From NCBI GenBank assembly GCA_031291995.1, contig JARLHZ010000010.1, positions 37,155-101,154 on the forward strand: a stretch of 64,000 nt of DNA, read 5' to 3'. This DNA is from Candidatus Doudnabacteria bacterium (GTDB taxonomy: Bacteria > Patescibacteriota > Doudnabacteria > UBA920). Numbering within the stretch: the stretch's first letter is position 1; the number at the start of each line of letters is the position of its first letter. The notes under the pieces are model-generated. The model saw nothing but the letters and a program-made list of their open reading frames with translations. It did no database searches and was not told the origin of the DNA. The position numbers and the translations under genes are program-made. Of this stretch, positions 49,722 to 59,385 are shown piece after piece.

Positions 49722-49877
49722 TTATTTTACCATTTCTTCCAATTCGCTTAAATCGACTGCCAGTTTAGATTTTTGCACAATCAACTTTAGATGTTTATAA
49801 AAACTTTGACTCACTTTTTTTAATTCAAAATATCTCTCTTCCGAGATACTGTCTAATGACGTCTTTTTTATCTGCAT
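49722..49877 (-). CDS. 51-aa small protein upstream of hicB
   Basis: AAGGA SD then MQIKKTSLDSISEERYFELKKVSQSFYKHLKLIVQKSKLAVDLSELEEMVK. Confidence 0.45.
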   Translation of the reverse strand: MQIKKTSLDSISEERYFELKKVSQSFYKHLKLIVQKSKLAVDLSELEEMVK

Positions 49878-50014
49878 AAAATTTCCTTAATCACCATATA
49901 AGTATAAAACCGCATTAATAGGAAGTCAACATCAATTTAAAATCCCGCCCCTTTTCAGAGGCGGGATTGGTTTGTTGTTTTATCCTATTCTCTATTCGCT
50001 AAGCCCTATTCACT

Positions 50015-50605
50015 CTACAGACCCTTAACTTTGACCTTCTTCGTCTTCGCCTTTGCGGCTTTCGGGATAATTATAGTCAGAATCCCGTCTTTTAGGTCGG
50101 CCTCGATGCTTTCGCTTTCAATGTCCACGGGGATGATGACCGAGCGGGAAAAATTACCCCAGTAGCATTCCTGGTAAAAATAATCGTCCTGGGGAATCAT
50201 TTCGTCTTTGCGGCGGCTGCCTTTGACCGTAAGCATGTCGTTGGCCACGGTAATGTCTATGTCGTCAGGCCGGACTCCGGCAATGGTGGACTTGATAATC
50301 ACATTATCCTTGGTCTGGTACATGTCTATATTTAACTGGCCTTCAAAATCGCTGAGCCATTCTTCGTTGCCATTGCCGTTGGGCTGGGCTGATTCTTTGG
50401 TTTGTGTTGTTTGTGTTTGCTGCCTGGGCATAATCACTTCTTCTTCAACTTCCAGTTCGCGTTCTTCCACCGCGTCATCCGGAGACAGTTCTTCGGCTTC
50501 CACAACCTCTTCCTGGTATTGTGAAACAGGCTGGATCATTGGCTCTTCCGTCACGCTACCCCCCATTATCTTTCCAAAAAACGAAGTTTTTTCTTTCTTA
50601 GGCAT
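50015..50605 (-). CDS. Hsp20/alpha-crystallin chaperone with an acidic N-terminal extension
   Basis: IDMYQT, ECYWGNFSR, KDGILTIIIPK. Confidence 0.92.
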   Translation of the reverse strand: MPKKEKTSFFGKIMGGSVTEEPMIQPVSQYQEEVVEAEELSPDDAVEERELEVEEEVIMPRQQTQTTQTKESAQPNGNGNEEWLSDFEGQLNIDMYQTKDNVIIKSTIAGVRPDDIDITVANDMLTVKGSRRKDEMIPQDDYFYQECYWGNFSRSVIIPVDIESESIEADLKDGILTIIIPKAAKAKTKKVKVKGL

Positions 50606-50728
50606 AAATTTTTACCTGTTCCCCCGTCAAACTTCCCGGGGTAAATTAATCTTATGCTGTTATCTTAGAACAATAAATATATTGCGTCAAATGGATTTTT
50701 TGAGGTTTTTTCCGCCCCGTGCAACCTG

Positions 50729-51808
50729 TTAAACCAACCGCCCCACAGCCAGGGCGGCGGCGTCTTTAGGAAATAATACGTCAAGTTTCGGGTTCGATTT
50801 TAGGGCGGCCCTAAAACTTCCCGAGCGTACTTCGTCTATAGCCTGTTCGGCTATCTTGCCGTATTTGGGCATGACCAAATGGTTGTGCAAAAGATAATCA
50901 AAATTATATTGCTCCTGCCCGGGCAAGAGATGCGAAATTATCATCGGCAAATTCCAGCGCAGCGCTTCACTGACAGACAGCCCGCCGGGCTTGGTAATGA
51001 ACACGTCGGCTATGGCATACAACTCGTCCATTGCGGGATAAAATCCCAGCACAGTAACGTTGCCGGCAGAGGCCAGCTTGCTTTTTAGTTGCCTGTATAT
51101 AATTTCATTTTTCCCGCAAACGGCAAAAACTTTTATGTTCGGTTGATTGGCAAACTGGGCGACCAGATTCTCGTCCACCCCTGTTCCCAATGAACCGCTG
51201 CCGATTAATATAACTTTATCCCGCGGGCCGACGCTCAACTTATTTTTTATTGAGCTGATGTCTATTTCAACTTCCGGCTTTAGCGTCATTCCGCAGACAA
51301 AAATTTTATTCTCCGGCACGCCGAGCTTAACCATTTGTACTTTTTGCTCGGCAATGTTCGCCAAATAAAAATCTGCCTGCGGGTAAAGCCAGTAGCGATG
51401 CAGATGGAAATCGGAAAAGGCGATACCGAACAATCCTTTGTACAAATTTCGTTTTTTAAGATACGCAATGACCGCCGAAGCCGTGGTTTGAGTGGTTATA
51501 ATTATGTCCGGCTTAAACTCTTCCACGTAACTTTGCGTGAGCTTGTGATTAAAACCCGCTATAAAAACCCGAAAGGGCAAAATAAGAAAGTGACCATAAT
51601 CGTAAAGCCATCCCCAAACAAAAGGCAGACGGTTGTTTATAAAACTATGGATGGTCGTGACGGACTTTTCGAACATCCCCTTCTGGACAGATCCGATATC
51701 GTCCGACTTAACCGTAAATCCGTTAGCTTCCAGTTGCGTGCCAATATTCTCCGCAATGCTTTTGTGCCCAAGACCCACCGAAGTATATAAAATGAGAACT
51801 TTTTTCAT
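50729..51808 (-). CDS. MGDG synthase/UgtP-like glycosyltransferase (GT28)
   Basis: GLGH, SDFHLHRYW, VCGKN, ITKPGGLS, PGQE. Confidence 0.85.
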   Translation of the reverse strand: MKKVLILYTSVGLGHKSIAENIGTQLEANGFTVKSDDIGSVQKGMFEKSVTTIHSFINNRLPFVWGWLYDYGHFLILPFRVFIAGFNHKLTQSYVEEFKPDIIITTQTTASAVIAYLKKRNLYKGLFGIAFSDFHLHRYWLYPQADFYLANIAEQKVQMVKLGVPENKIFVCGMTLKPEVEIDISSIKNKLSVGPRDKVILIGSGSLGTGVDENLVAQFANQPNIKVFAVCGKNEIIYRQLKSKLASAGNVTVLGFYPAMDELYAIADVFITKPGGLSVSEALRWNLPMIISHLLPGQEQYNFDYLLHNHLVMPKYGKIAEQAIDEVRSGSFRAALKSNPKLDVLFPKDAAALAVGRLV

Positions 51809-51875
51809 GGGACAATATCTACTGATTTTTTCCGGCTTTCGATGTACATCAGCGCAAAGAATTCCGGGATTACCC

Positions 51876-53234
51876 CTATGGGTGGAATAATTTAATTATT
51901 GCGTCAAATTCTTTGTTATTCAATAATTTCTTTTCCAATACCAATTCACGGATGGTTTTGTTGCTATTGACGGCTTCCTTTACTAATTCACTGGCTTGGT
52001 CATAGCCGAGTTTTGGACTGAGCAGGGTGGCGTAGGCTGTGGATTTTTCCAGGAGTTCTTTACAACGCGCGCGGTCGGCTTTTATGCCGTCCACGCATTT
52101 TTTGGCAAATTGCAAAATTAATTCATCCATCAATTTTAAACTTTCAATTAACCGGTCGGTCATTATTGGCAGCATTACTCCCAGTTCCAGCTGAGCCCCT
52201 TCGGCTCCGTGCTCAATGGTCAAATTATTGCCCGAGACCAAAAAGTACAGCTGGCTAACGGCTTCAAGTAAAACAGGATTCACTTTGCCCGGCATAATCG
52301 ACGAGCCGGCCTGCAGCTCCGGAATCATGATTTCTCCCAATCCCCCTTTGGGCCCGGCCGAGAGCCAGCGCAGGTCGTTGGAAATTTTGGACAGGTCGAC
52401 GCAAAACGCGACCAACGCCTGTGACATCCAGACAAAGTCGCTGTCACTACTGGTTTGAGGCATAAAGTTAGCCGCGGGCTTTAGCGGCAGTTTGGTAATT
52501 TTATCGAGTTCAATGTATAACTGCTTAATGTATTTTGGAGAGGCGTTTATGGAATTACCGACCGCCGTGCCGCCTAAATTCAGCTCCAACAGATTCTCCA
52601 TAGCTTTGCGGATTCGCTGCTGGCCGCGCCTGACGTATGCTTCGTACGAGGCAAATTCGCTTCCCAAGGTAATAGGTACCGCGTCCTGCAGATGCGTGCG
52701 ACCAAGTTTTACTATTGATGAAAAATCGCGGGATTTTTTTTGCAGGCTTAGCGCCAGTACATCCGTTGTCGCGAGCAATTTTTGCGCCAAACGGTAAGCG
52801 GCAATCTTAAATGCCGACGGCATAACATCATTTGTCGAATGCGACATGTTAACATGGTCGTTGGGATGCACCAGCGGAAGCTCTCCCCTTTTGAGGGGAG
52901 ATGCCCGAAGGGCAGAGAGGTTGCCTTGCAAAATCTCAGTAGCCCGGGCGGCAATTACCTCGTTGGCATTCATGTGGTTTGAAGTCCCGGCGCCGCCCTG
53001 AAATGCCGGCAGGACAAATTGCTCCCAGTGTTTGCCTTCCAGTATCTCATCGCAGGCCTTCACAATCGCGGTTTTCCTGGCATTATCCAATTCTCCCACT
53101 TTATTATGGGCAATGGCCGCGGCTTTTTTAATTTCCACTAATGCCAGCAAAAACTCTCTGGGAGCTTTACGGAAACTGAACGGAAAATTCTTAATCGCCT
53201 TTTCCGTTTGCGCACCGTAATATTTTTTATTCAT
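51876..53234 (-). CDS. Aspartate ammonia-lyase / class II fumarase
   Basis: YYGAQT, QGGAGTS, HPNDHVN, GRTHLQDA, GSSIMPGKVNP. Confidence 0.9.
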   Translation of the reverse strand: MNKKYYGAQTEKAIKNFPFSFRKAPREFLLALVEIKKAAAIAHNKVGELDNARKTAIVKACDEILEGKHWEQFVLPAFQGGAGTSNHMNANEVIAARATEILQGNLSALRASPLKRGELPLVHPNDHVNMSHSTNDVMPSAFKIAAYRLAQKLLATTDVLALSLQKKSRDFSSIVKLGRTHLQDAVPITLGSEFASYEAYVRRGQQRIRKAMENLLELNLGGTAVGNSINASPKYIKQLYIELDKITKLPLKPAANFMPQTSSDSDFVWMSQALVAFCVDLSKISNDLRWLSAGPKGGLGEIMIPELQAGSSIMPGKVNPVLLEAVSQLYFLVSGNNLTIEHGAEGAQLELGVMLPIMTDRLIESLKLMDELILQFAKKCVDGIKADRARCKELLEKSTAYATLLSPKLGYDQASELVKEAVNSNKTIRELVLEKKLLNNKEFDAIIKLFHP

Positions 53235-53303
53235 CGGATTATTTTAATGGATTTAAACAGTTGTATTATAGACCATTTTTCAGGTATAATAAACACCAGC
53301 CGC

Positions 53304-53393
53304 GGAGAGGTCGCATAGTGGTCTAGTGCGCTGGTTTCGAAAACCAGTAGGGGCGCAAGCCTCTCGAGGGTTCGACTCCCTCCCTCTCCGCCA
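53304..53393 (+). tRNA. tRNA-Ser(CGA)
   Basis: GGAGAGG...CCTCTCC-G-CCA, long variable arm, loop TT-CGA-AA. Confidence 0.95.
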
Positions 53394-53450
53394 CAGTCGC
53401 TCGCAGCGGCGTGGCTCCGCCAGAAAGTTAAACCCCCGAATTCGGGGGTT

Positions 53451-54131
53451 TTAGATTGACCGCAAATTTTTGCAAAAACTTTTACGATGAACCGACGACA
53501 AGCCGTTTTGGAGAATCATTGTTCGATGAAACAAAGTACCGTAACCTTTGTGCTGGGCAAAGTTGTAGATTGGGTAGTCCTGATGAATTTTGGTCATAAG
53601 CCGATCGCGATAAACTTTCGCGATTATAGAGGCGGCGGCAATCGAAAGAATTTTATTGTCACCGTCTACTACGGCTTCCTGGTCAATATCAAAATTGGGG
53701 ATAGTAAATTTGCCATCGATAACCAAAAATGGTCTTTTCGTGCCTTTGTAGTGCAGGCCCTCGGCCTGCTTTTTCTTTTGGGGCAGGCCATGGGCCTGCA
53801 CTACATGAGAAAATAATAACCCTTCAACTGCCTTGCGCATTGCCAGCAATGTCGCGTTGTGAATATTTATTTCGTCAACTATTTCCTGCGAAACTTGCCC
53901 GATGCTCCAAGCGAGCGCCTGCTCTTTAATAATAGAGGATAATTCTTCGCGCTTTTTAACGGAAAGTAATTTGCTATCGCGCACACCCTGCTTCATGTCC
54001 CATGTTTCAAGATTCATGATTACCGCCCCGGCCACCACCGGTCCGGCCAGACACCCGCGTCCGACTTCGTCGCAGCCGATAACCATGTGATAACCATCGG
54101 ATATTTTTTTCTGTTCGTAGCGAAAATTCAT
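53451..54131 (-). CDS. rnhB: Ribonuclease HII
   Basis: GCDEVGRGCLAGPV, DSK, IAAASIIAK, HKGYGT. Contains an in-frame REP insertion. Confidence 0.95.
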   Translation of the reverse strand: MNFRYEQKKISDGYHMVIGCDEVGRGCLAGPVVAGAVIMNLETWDMKQGVRDSKLLSVKKREELSSIIKEQALAWSIGQVSQEIVDEINIHNATLLAMRKAVEGLLFSHVVQAHGLPQKKKQAEGLHYKGTKRPFLVIDGKFTIPNFDIDQEAVVDGDNKILSIAAASIIAKVYRDRLMTKIHQDYPIYNFAQHKGYGTLFHRTMILQNGLSSVHRKSFCKNLRSI

Positions 54132-54248
54132 AGGTTTAATGTCAAACAAGATTTCTTGCAAATCCGTTTCACCCTTTTCTGGCTTAACACCATCAAAGCG
54201 AAGATGAAACACAGTAGGGACAGGTCTAGACCTGTCCCTACGAAAAAA

Positions 54249-55433
54249 TTATTGTCGAATTTTTTTGCCGCCTAACTTCGCTCCGTTCAATTGCTTTAGC
54301 ACGCTGCTTTCAAATGTAAAAGTTATTTCCCGCTTCTCTTTGAATTTTTCTTCCGCGAATTTTATCAGCTCTTTCAGTAATTCATCCAGCTCCAATCCAC
54401 TTGCCTTCCACAAGTGGTGGTACAATGTTCCCGGCATCGGATTAACCTCGTTGGCAAAAAATTGTTTGCTCTGTTTGTCAAACAAAAAATCCACGCGAGC
54501 AATTCCGCTGCACCCTAAAGCTTTATAAACTTTTAGCGCGGCATTTTGTAAGGCGGATGTGGTCGCCTCATCGAGTCTGGCGGGGATAATCAGGTTGTTA
54601 ACTGCTTTACCGGTCTGGGCTCCGCCGTCGCTGATATATTTGTCTTCAAAATTAAACAAGTCATTATTAAAAACCGATTCCTGCAATAAAGAGGCGCGCG
54701 GCTTTTTATTTCCAGTAATACAGCAAGTGACGTCCATTAAATTTTCCACAGCCTGTTCCACCAAGACCTTCTCGTCATAATGCAAAGCAACTTCAATCTT
54801 TTGTTCCAGGTCTTTGTCGTCTTTGGCTTTTCCAATGCCAATGGAAGAACCCAAATGAACCGGCTTGACAAACAATGGATACTTTCCTAATTCTCTAATT
54901 TTCTCTTTTACTAATTCTCTGTTTTCTTCCCAGTCTTGCTTATAAAAATAAACAAACTTCGTCGTCGGAATGCCCGCGTCCTTCATGACGATTTTGGTCA
55001 ATGCCTTGTCCATAGCCACGACCGAGGCTGGCACACCACAACCGACATAAGGAATACCGAGCATCTCAAACATGCCCTGAATGGTTCCGTCTTCCCCGTA
55101 AGTTCCATGAAACGCGGGAAAGGCCATATCAATTGTAATTGATTTTCCGGCAAACCCCTTGCGCTTAAACACCATCTTCCCCACCGACTCCTGCATGTCC
55201 AAATAGTATTCAAAATATTTTTTGTTGTCTTCCGGTTTATGGTTAGGGTCGGTAAACAATTTTAAGTTTCCCAAATCCTCGTCCAGCATCCACTTGCCGG
55301 TCTTGGTTATGTAAACCGGTGTTACCGGATAGCCCAAACCTTTCAGACCCGCGATGATGAGTTGGGCGGTAATAATAGATATATCATGCTCCGTACTGCC
55401 GGAGCCAAAAAATACGCCAATGTTTTTTGTCAT
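54249..55433 (-). CDS. ddl: D-alanine--D-alanine ligase
   Basis: STEHDIS, HGTYGEDGTIQG, MDK, GSSIG, RVDF, NEVNPMPG. Confidence 0.93.
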   Translation of the reverse strand: MTKNIGVFFGSGSTEHDISIITAQLIIAGLKGLGYPVTPVYITKTGKWMLDEDLGNLKLFTDPNHKPEDNKKYFEYYLDMQESVGKMVFKRKGFAGKSITIDMAFPAFHGTYGEDGTIQGMFEMLGIPYVGCGVPASVVAMDKALTKIVMKDAGIPTTKFVYFYKQDWEENRELVKEKIRELGKYPLFVKPVHLGSSIGIGKAKDDKDLEQKIEVALHYDEKVLVEQAVENLMDVTCCITGNKKPRASLLQESVFNNDLFNFEDKYISDGGAQTGKAVNNLIIPARLDEATTSALQNAALKVYKALGCSGIARVDFLFDKQSKQFFANEVNPMPGTLYHHLWKASGLELDELLKELIKFAEEKFKEKREITFTFESSVLKQLNGAKLGGKKIRQ

Positions 55434-55503
55434 AATTTTTTTCTGTCGGTAGCGTGCCCATTTATGGGCGTTCCCGGATCGCCGATAAATCGGCACGCTA
55501 CAG

Positions 55504-56658
55504 TTACATAATTGTTCTTCTCAAATGCTGCGGGATGTGCACCAAAATTTCGTACGGAATACATTCGCAAAGTTTGGCCAAATTCTCTATAGAGTTTTTA
55601 TCATTTTTGTTGGCGCTAATTACAAACACTTCATCTTCCAGCTTTACATCGGGAACTTCGGTTATATCTATGCTGCTCATGTTCATACTCACGCGCCCAA
55701 CAATCGGACAATAAATCCCACAAACCTGATAAGACCCTTTATTGGACAGCCGGCGATCCACTCCTTCAGTATACCCCACCGGCACGGTGGCAACAATCAT
55801 GGGTTTTGTCGCTTCAAACGTAACCCCATAGCCGACTTTTTCCCCGGCTCCGATTTTTTTTATTGAACTGAGTACGGACACGAGCTCCATTACGGGTTTT
55901 AATTCCAGTTTTACTTCACGTGAAGGGTTAATCCCATAAAGTCCAATCCCCAACCGGCTGACGTTGGCCTCGATTTTATCCGCGTAGGCCGCACCGGCGG
56001 TATTAGAAGCGTGAAAATATCGAATATATGAAAACTCTTTTTTAAATTGGACGGCCGTGGAATTCCACTTTGCAATCTGGCCTAAAGTAAACCGGTTATC
56101 CGCGCCGTCGGCATCGGCAAAGTGGGTGCAGAGGCCTTCCAAATTAATATTCCGATTGGATTTAATGGCCTTTATTGCTTCGGCAATTTCCGATTCCATA
56201 ATCCCCTGCCGGTTCATCCCGGTATTTATTTTCAAATGGATGTTCAGCGGCCGAGTTAATTTGGCGGATAAATTTTTTAAAATTCCCAAATCAATAATTC
56301 CAAAGCTGACCTCATTTAGCTTGGCGGATAATAATTCATTTTCCCGGCAATATCCCAAAACCAAAATTTTGGTTTTAATGCCGTGCTGGCGCAAAGTCAG
56401 GGCTTCGTAAAATGAATCAACCATAAAAAACGCCACATCTTGATTATCGAGGACCTCCGCGACCTGGACCATGCCGTGACCATAAGCGTTACTCTTTAAT
56501 ACCGGCGCGAAAATTAAATTTGGATATTTGCCCTGGAAGCCGTGCAAATTAAATAATAGAGCGTCTTTAAAAATCCGCACTTCAATTAACGGTTGGTAAT
56601 TTATTTTTGGTGACAATATTTTATTTAAAATTTTTCTAATGTTGCTCAATTTTGTCAA
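55504..56658 (-). CDS. alr: Alanine racemase
   Basis: VLKSNAYGHG, HLKINTGMNRQG, VGYG, GRVSM. Confidence 0.95.
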   Translation of the reverse strand: MTKLSNIRKILNKILSPKINYQPLIEVRIFKDALLFNLHGFQGKYPNLIFAPVLKSNAYGHGMVQVAEVLDNQDVAFFMVDSFYEALTLRQHGIKTKILVLGYCRENELLSAKLNEVSFGIIDLGILKNLSAKLTRPLNIHLKINTGMNRQGIMESEIAEAIKAIKSNRNINLEGLCTHFADADGADNRFTLGQIAKWNSTAVQFKKEFSYIRYFHASNTAGAAYADKIEANVSRLGIGLYGINPSREVKLELKPVMELVSVLSSIKKIGAGEKVGYGVTFEATKPMIVATVPVGYTEGVDRRLSNKGSYQVCGIYCPIVGRVSMNMSSIDITEVPDVKLEDEVFVISANKNDKNSIENLAKLCECIPYEILVHIPQHLRRTIM

Positions 56659-56812
56659 TCTTATTTAATCTTGGTCAATTATTTATACAGGATTTCAGAT
56701 ATTTTTGACTGCCGATGAAATGCTAACTACAGTCAAAAATTCTGGAATGACAGAATTTCCTGTCCCCTCAATTTTGTCAATTTTATTTAATCTTGGTCAA
56801 TTTTGGTCAATT

Positions 56813-58396
56813 CTAAATGTACTGGTCTCCCCAGTCGTTCTGAAACATTACCACGTCGCCGGGTTTTAAAATATTTTTCAAGCCCGCGTGGGCTTCTAGT
56901 GCGCTGTCAAACCAAATAATTTGCGGTTTTTTGACTCCAACCACCTCCCCCGCTGACGCGGGTACTCCTCCTTGAAAAGGAGGAGAGCTCGACGTTTTTT
57001 CGGACAACCGCGGAGCCTCCCCTCCTGGCAAGGAGGGGTGTCCCGCAAAGCGGGACGGGGAGGTCTGAATTCCTTCTTCAACAAACCCCGTCACGCTATT
57101 TCTTATAAAAATTGCAACGTCCGCCACGCCGGCAAGCTCCCGGCCAATTTGCCGATGAACTTCGGCGGAAGAGTTCCCCATTTCCACCAAACCGGGCGTA
57201 ATATATATTTTCCGCCGGTTTGTGAATCGCGACAAAACCTTTATTGCCTCCCCCACCCCGTCCGGATTGCCGTTGTACGCGTCATCTATAACTAATACCT
57301 CGCCCGCCGATTTAATCGGCTGCAGCCGGTGCTCCACGGGCTTTATATTTGTAATACCCCGTTTCAGCTCATCATCCGACATCCCCAAATTTTTGCCGAT
57401 CTTGACCGCCGCGTCCACATCACCCAGCGCGTACTCTCCCAATAAGTTTACTTCAATTTTACCAAACGATTCCAATTCCGCTTCCCAGCAAAGTTTTTCG
57501 GTATTAAATTTTTGATATTTGATATTTGATATTTGTCCGCCAAAGGCGGATCCGCCTTTGGCGGAATATTTTTCCACCTTGTGGTCCGGCCAAATAAATT
57601 TTTTATAATTATCCATTACTCTTTTATCATCGGCGTTTAACAGCACCACAGCTCCGGGCTCGGAGCCGCTGACAATTTCAAAAATCGTGGACGCCACCGT
57701 TTCCATATTTTTCATTCGTTCCAAATGCGATTCGTTTATGCCGGTTACCACGGCAATATTAGGCTTTGCTATATCGCAGATCTCCCCAATGTCCCCGGCG
57801 TAATGTTCCCCCATTTCTACTATTAATACCTGAGTTTCATCAGTCACCTTATTTAAAATCCACCGCGCGATTCCCACCGGCGTATTTACACTGTCCGGAG
57901 TGGCTAATACCTTAAACCTAATACCTAATACCTTCCCCAGTACTTCCTTCATCGTAGTCTTGCCGTAACTGCCCGCTACCCCGATTATTTTTAAATCAGG
58001 CGGCATATTACCGATTTTAGATTTGGCGCGGATCGCCAATCTTTTTTTTGCCAAACTATCAAACGGTTTAAGCAGCAATAATACAACGCTAAATAACAAA
58101 AAATAAAAAGGCGACAAAATTATCGCCGCGATAACCGCGGCAACAAAAAAATTGCCGATTGAACCGGTTAAAATTACAGTTATTAAGCCGCTAAAAATTA
58201 TGACAAAACCGTGCAAAGCCACCGCCATAAGCATCATTGCCTTGGCTTTTACGCTCCACACCAATTCCTTCCGCTGTTCCCCTCTCGGCCATGGCCCCTT
58301 TTTAAATAACAACTTCCAATACCTGCCCAGCTCATAGTTTTCCAGCTGGAGCAGGTACAATTGATACCTTATAAATTTCGGAACAATAAAATCCAT
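56813..58396 (-). CDS. murF: MurF-type Mur ligase with N-terminal TM segments
   Basis: GSYGKTTMK, EMG, IDDAYNGNP. Contains several in-frame repeat insertions. Confidence 0.88.
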   Translation of the reverse strand: MDFIVPKFIRYQLYLLQLENYELGRYWKLLFKKGPWPRGEQRKELVWSVKAKAMMLMAVALHGFVIIFSGLITVILTGSIGNFFVAAVIAAIILSPFYFLLFSVVLLLLKPFDSLAKKRLAIRAKSKIGNMPPDLKIIGVAGSYGKTTMKEVLGKVLGIRFKVLATPDSVNTPVGIARWILNKVTDETQVLIVEMGEHYAGDIGEICDIAKPNIAVVTGINESHLERMKNMETVASTIFEIVSGSEPGAVVLLNADDKRVMDNYKKFIWPDHKVEKYSAKGGSAFGGQISNIKYQKFNTEKLCWEAELESFGKIEVNLLGEYALGDVDAAVKIGKNLGMSDDELKRGITNIKPVEHRLQPIKSAGEVLVIDDAYNGNPDGVGEAIKVLSRFTNRRKIYITPGLVEMGNSSAEVHRQIGRELAGVADVAIFIRNSVTGFVEEGIQTSPSRFAGHPSLPGGEAPRLSEKTSSSPPFQGGVPASAGEVVGVKKPQIIWFDSALEAHAGLKNILKPGDVVMFQNDWGDQYI

Positions 58397-58453
58397 ATAT
58401 TATTTTTTATCCCGAATGTAGTGCGGGCCACGGGCCTGCACTACACGTCGCAA

Positions 58454-59209
58454 TTAGGTTATAAATTCTCCCACCGCTTTTGCGAATTCTTCCGGCTCAT
58501 CCGAAAAGCTGAAATGGCCGGCATGTTTGAGAATTAGGAATTTGGAGTTTGGAATTAGGAATTTCATAAGTTCCCCGAATTTTGGAGGCGTGTCTTTGTC
58601 ATTTTTCCCGTTTATAATTAGCGTCGGCACGGTAATTTTTTTCATGTCTTCCGATAAATCTTCGCTTGTAATATTGACAAAAGTTTTTTGCAGTTCCGGC
58701 GTAGCTAGGTAGTCTTCCGCCCCGATTGATTTATAAATTTTTTTTCGCAATCCGTGCATAAACTCCGGCTTAAAAAAAGGCTTTACAATTTTTGCGCCAA
58801 TCTTCATCATATTCTTTTTATCCGATGGCATGGCAAACCCGGCGCTGTCCGCTAAAATTAGCTTGCTGATTAATTCCGGATGTCCAGCCGCCAGTTTAAT
58901 TCCAATGCGGCCGCCGAACGAATGGCCGATGATTATTACATTAGTAAGTTCCAATTTTTTAATGAACCCCGCCACAACTTCGGCATAACCCCCTACTGTC
59001 ATCGCATGCATTGGGATTTGCGACCCACCAAACCCGGGCAAATCCAGGGCAAACAAATGACAATTGACAATTGACAATTTACTTAGCACATTTTGCCAAA
59101 TTTCTTTATTGGAACGCCAACCATGCAAAAAAAGCAAGGTTTTGCCGGCATCCCCCGATGTTTCCTGGTAACTAATTAAATAATTATTTACGATAACCTG
59201 CTTAGTCAT
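58454..59209 (-). CDS. Alpha/beta hydrolase
   Basis: LHGW, DLPGFG, GHSFGG, AGH. Confidence 0.9.
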   Translation of the reverse strand: MTKQVIVNNYLISYQETSGDAGKTLLFLHGWRSNKEIWQNVLSKLSIVNCHLFALDLPGFGGSQIPMHAMTVGGYAEVVAGFIKKLELTNVIIIGHSFGGRIGIKLAAGHPELISKLILADSAGFAMPSDKKNMMKIGAKIVKPFFKPEFMHGLRKKIYKSIGAEDYLATPELQKTFVNITSEDLSEDMKKITVPTLIINGKNDKDTPPKFGELMKFLIPNSKFLILKHAGHFSFSDEPEEFAKAVGEFIT

Positions 59210-59270
59210 GTTTAAATAATAGCATTACCTAGCACAAGATAAAACCCCAGCATTATGCTGGGGTTTTATC

Positions 59271-59344
59271 TGGTCGGGCTGCTGGGAATTGAACCCAGTC
59301 TACACGCACCCGAAGCGTGCGTACGACCGGCATACTCCAGCCCG
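59271..59344 (-). tRNA. tRNA-Pro(CGG) with atypical G8/G14
   Basis: CGGGCTG...CAGCCCG-A-CCA, loop TT-CGG-GT. Confidence 0.88.
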
Positions 59345-59385
59345 ATTGTTATTGTGGAAGGATAAAAATAACCCTGATTAGGGCT

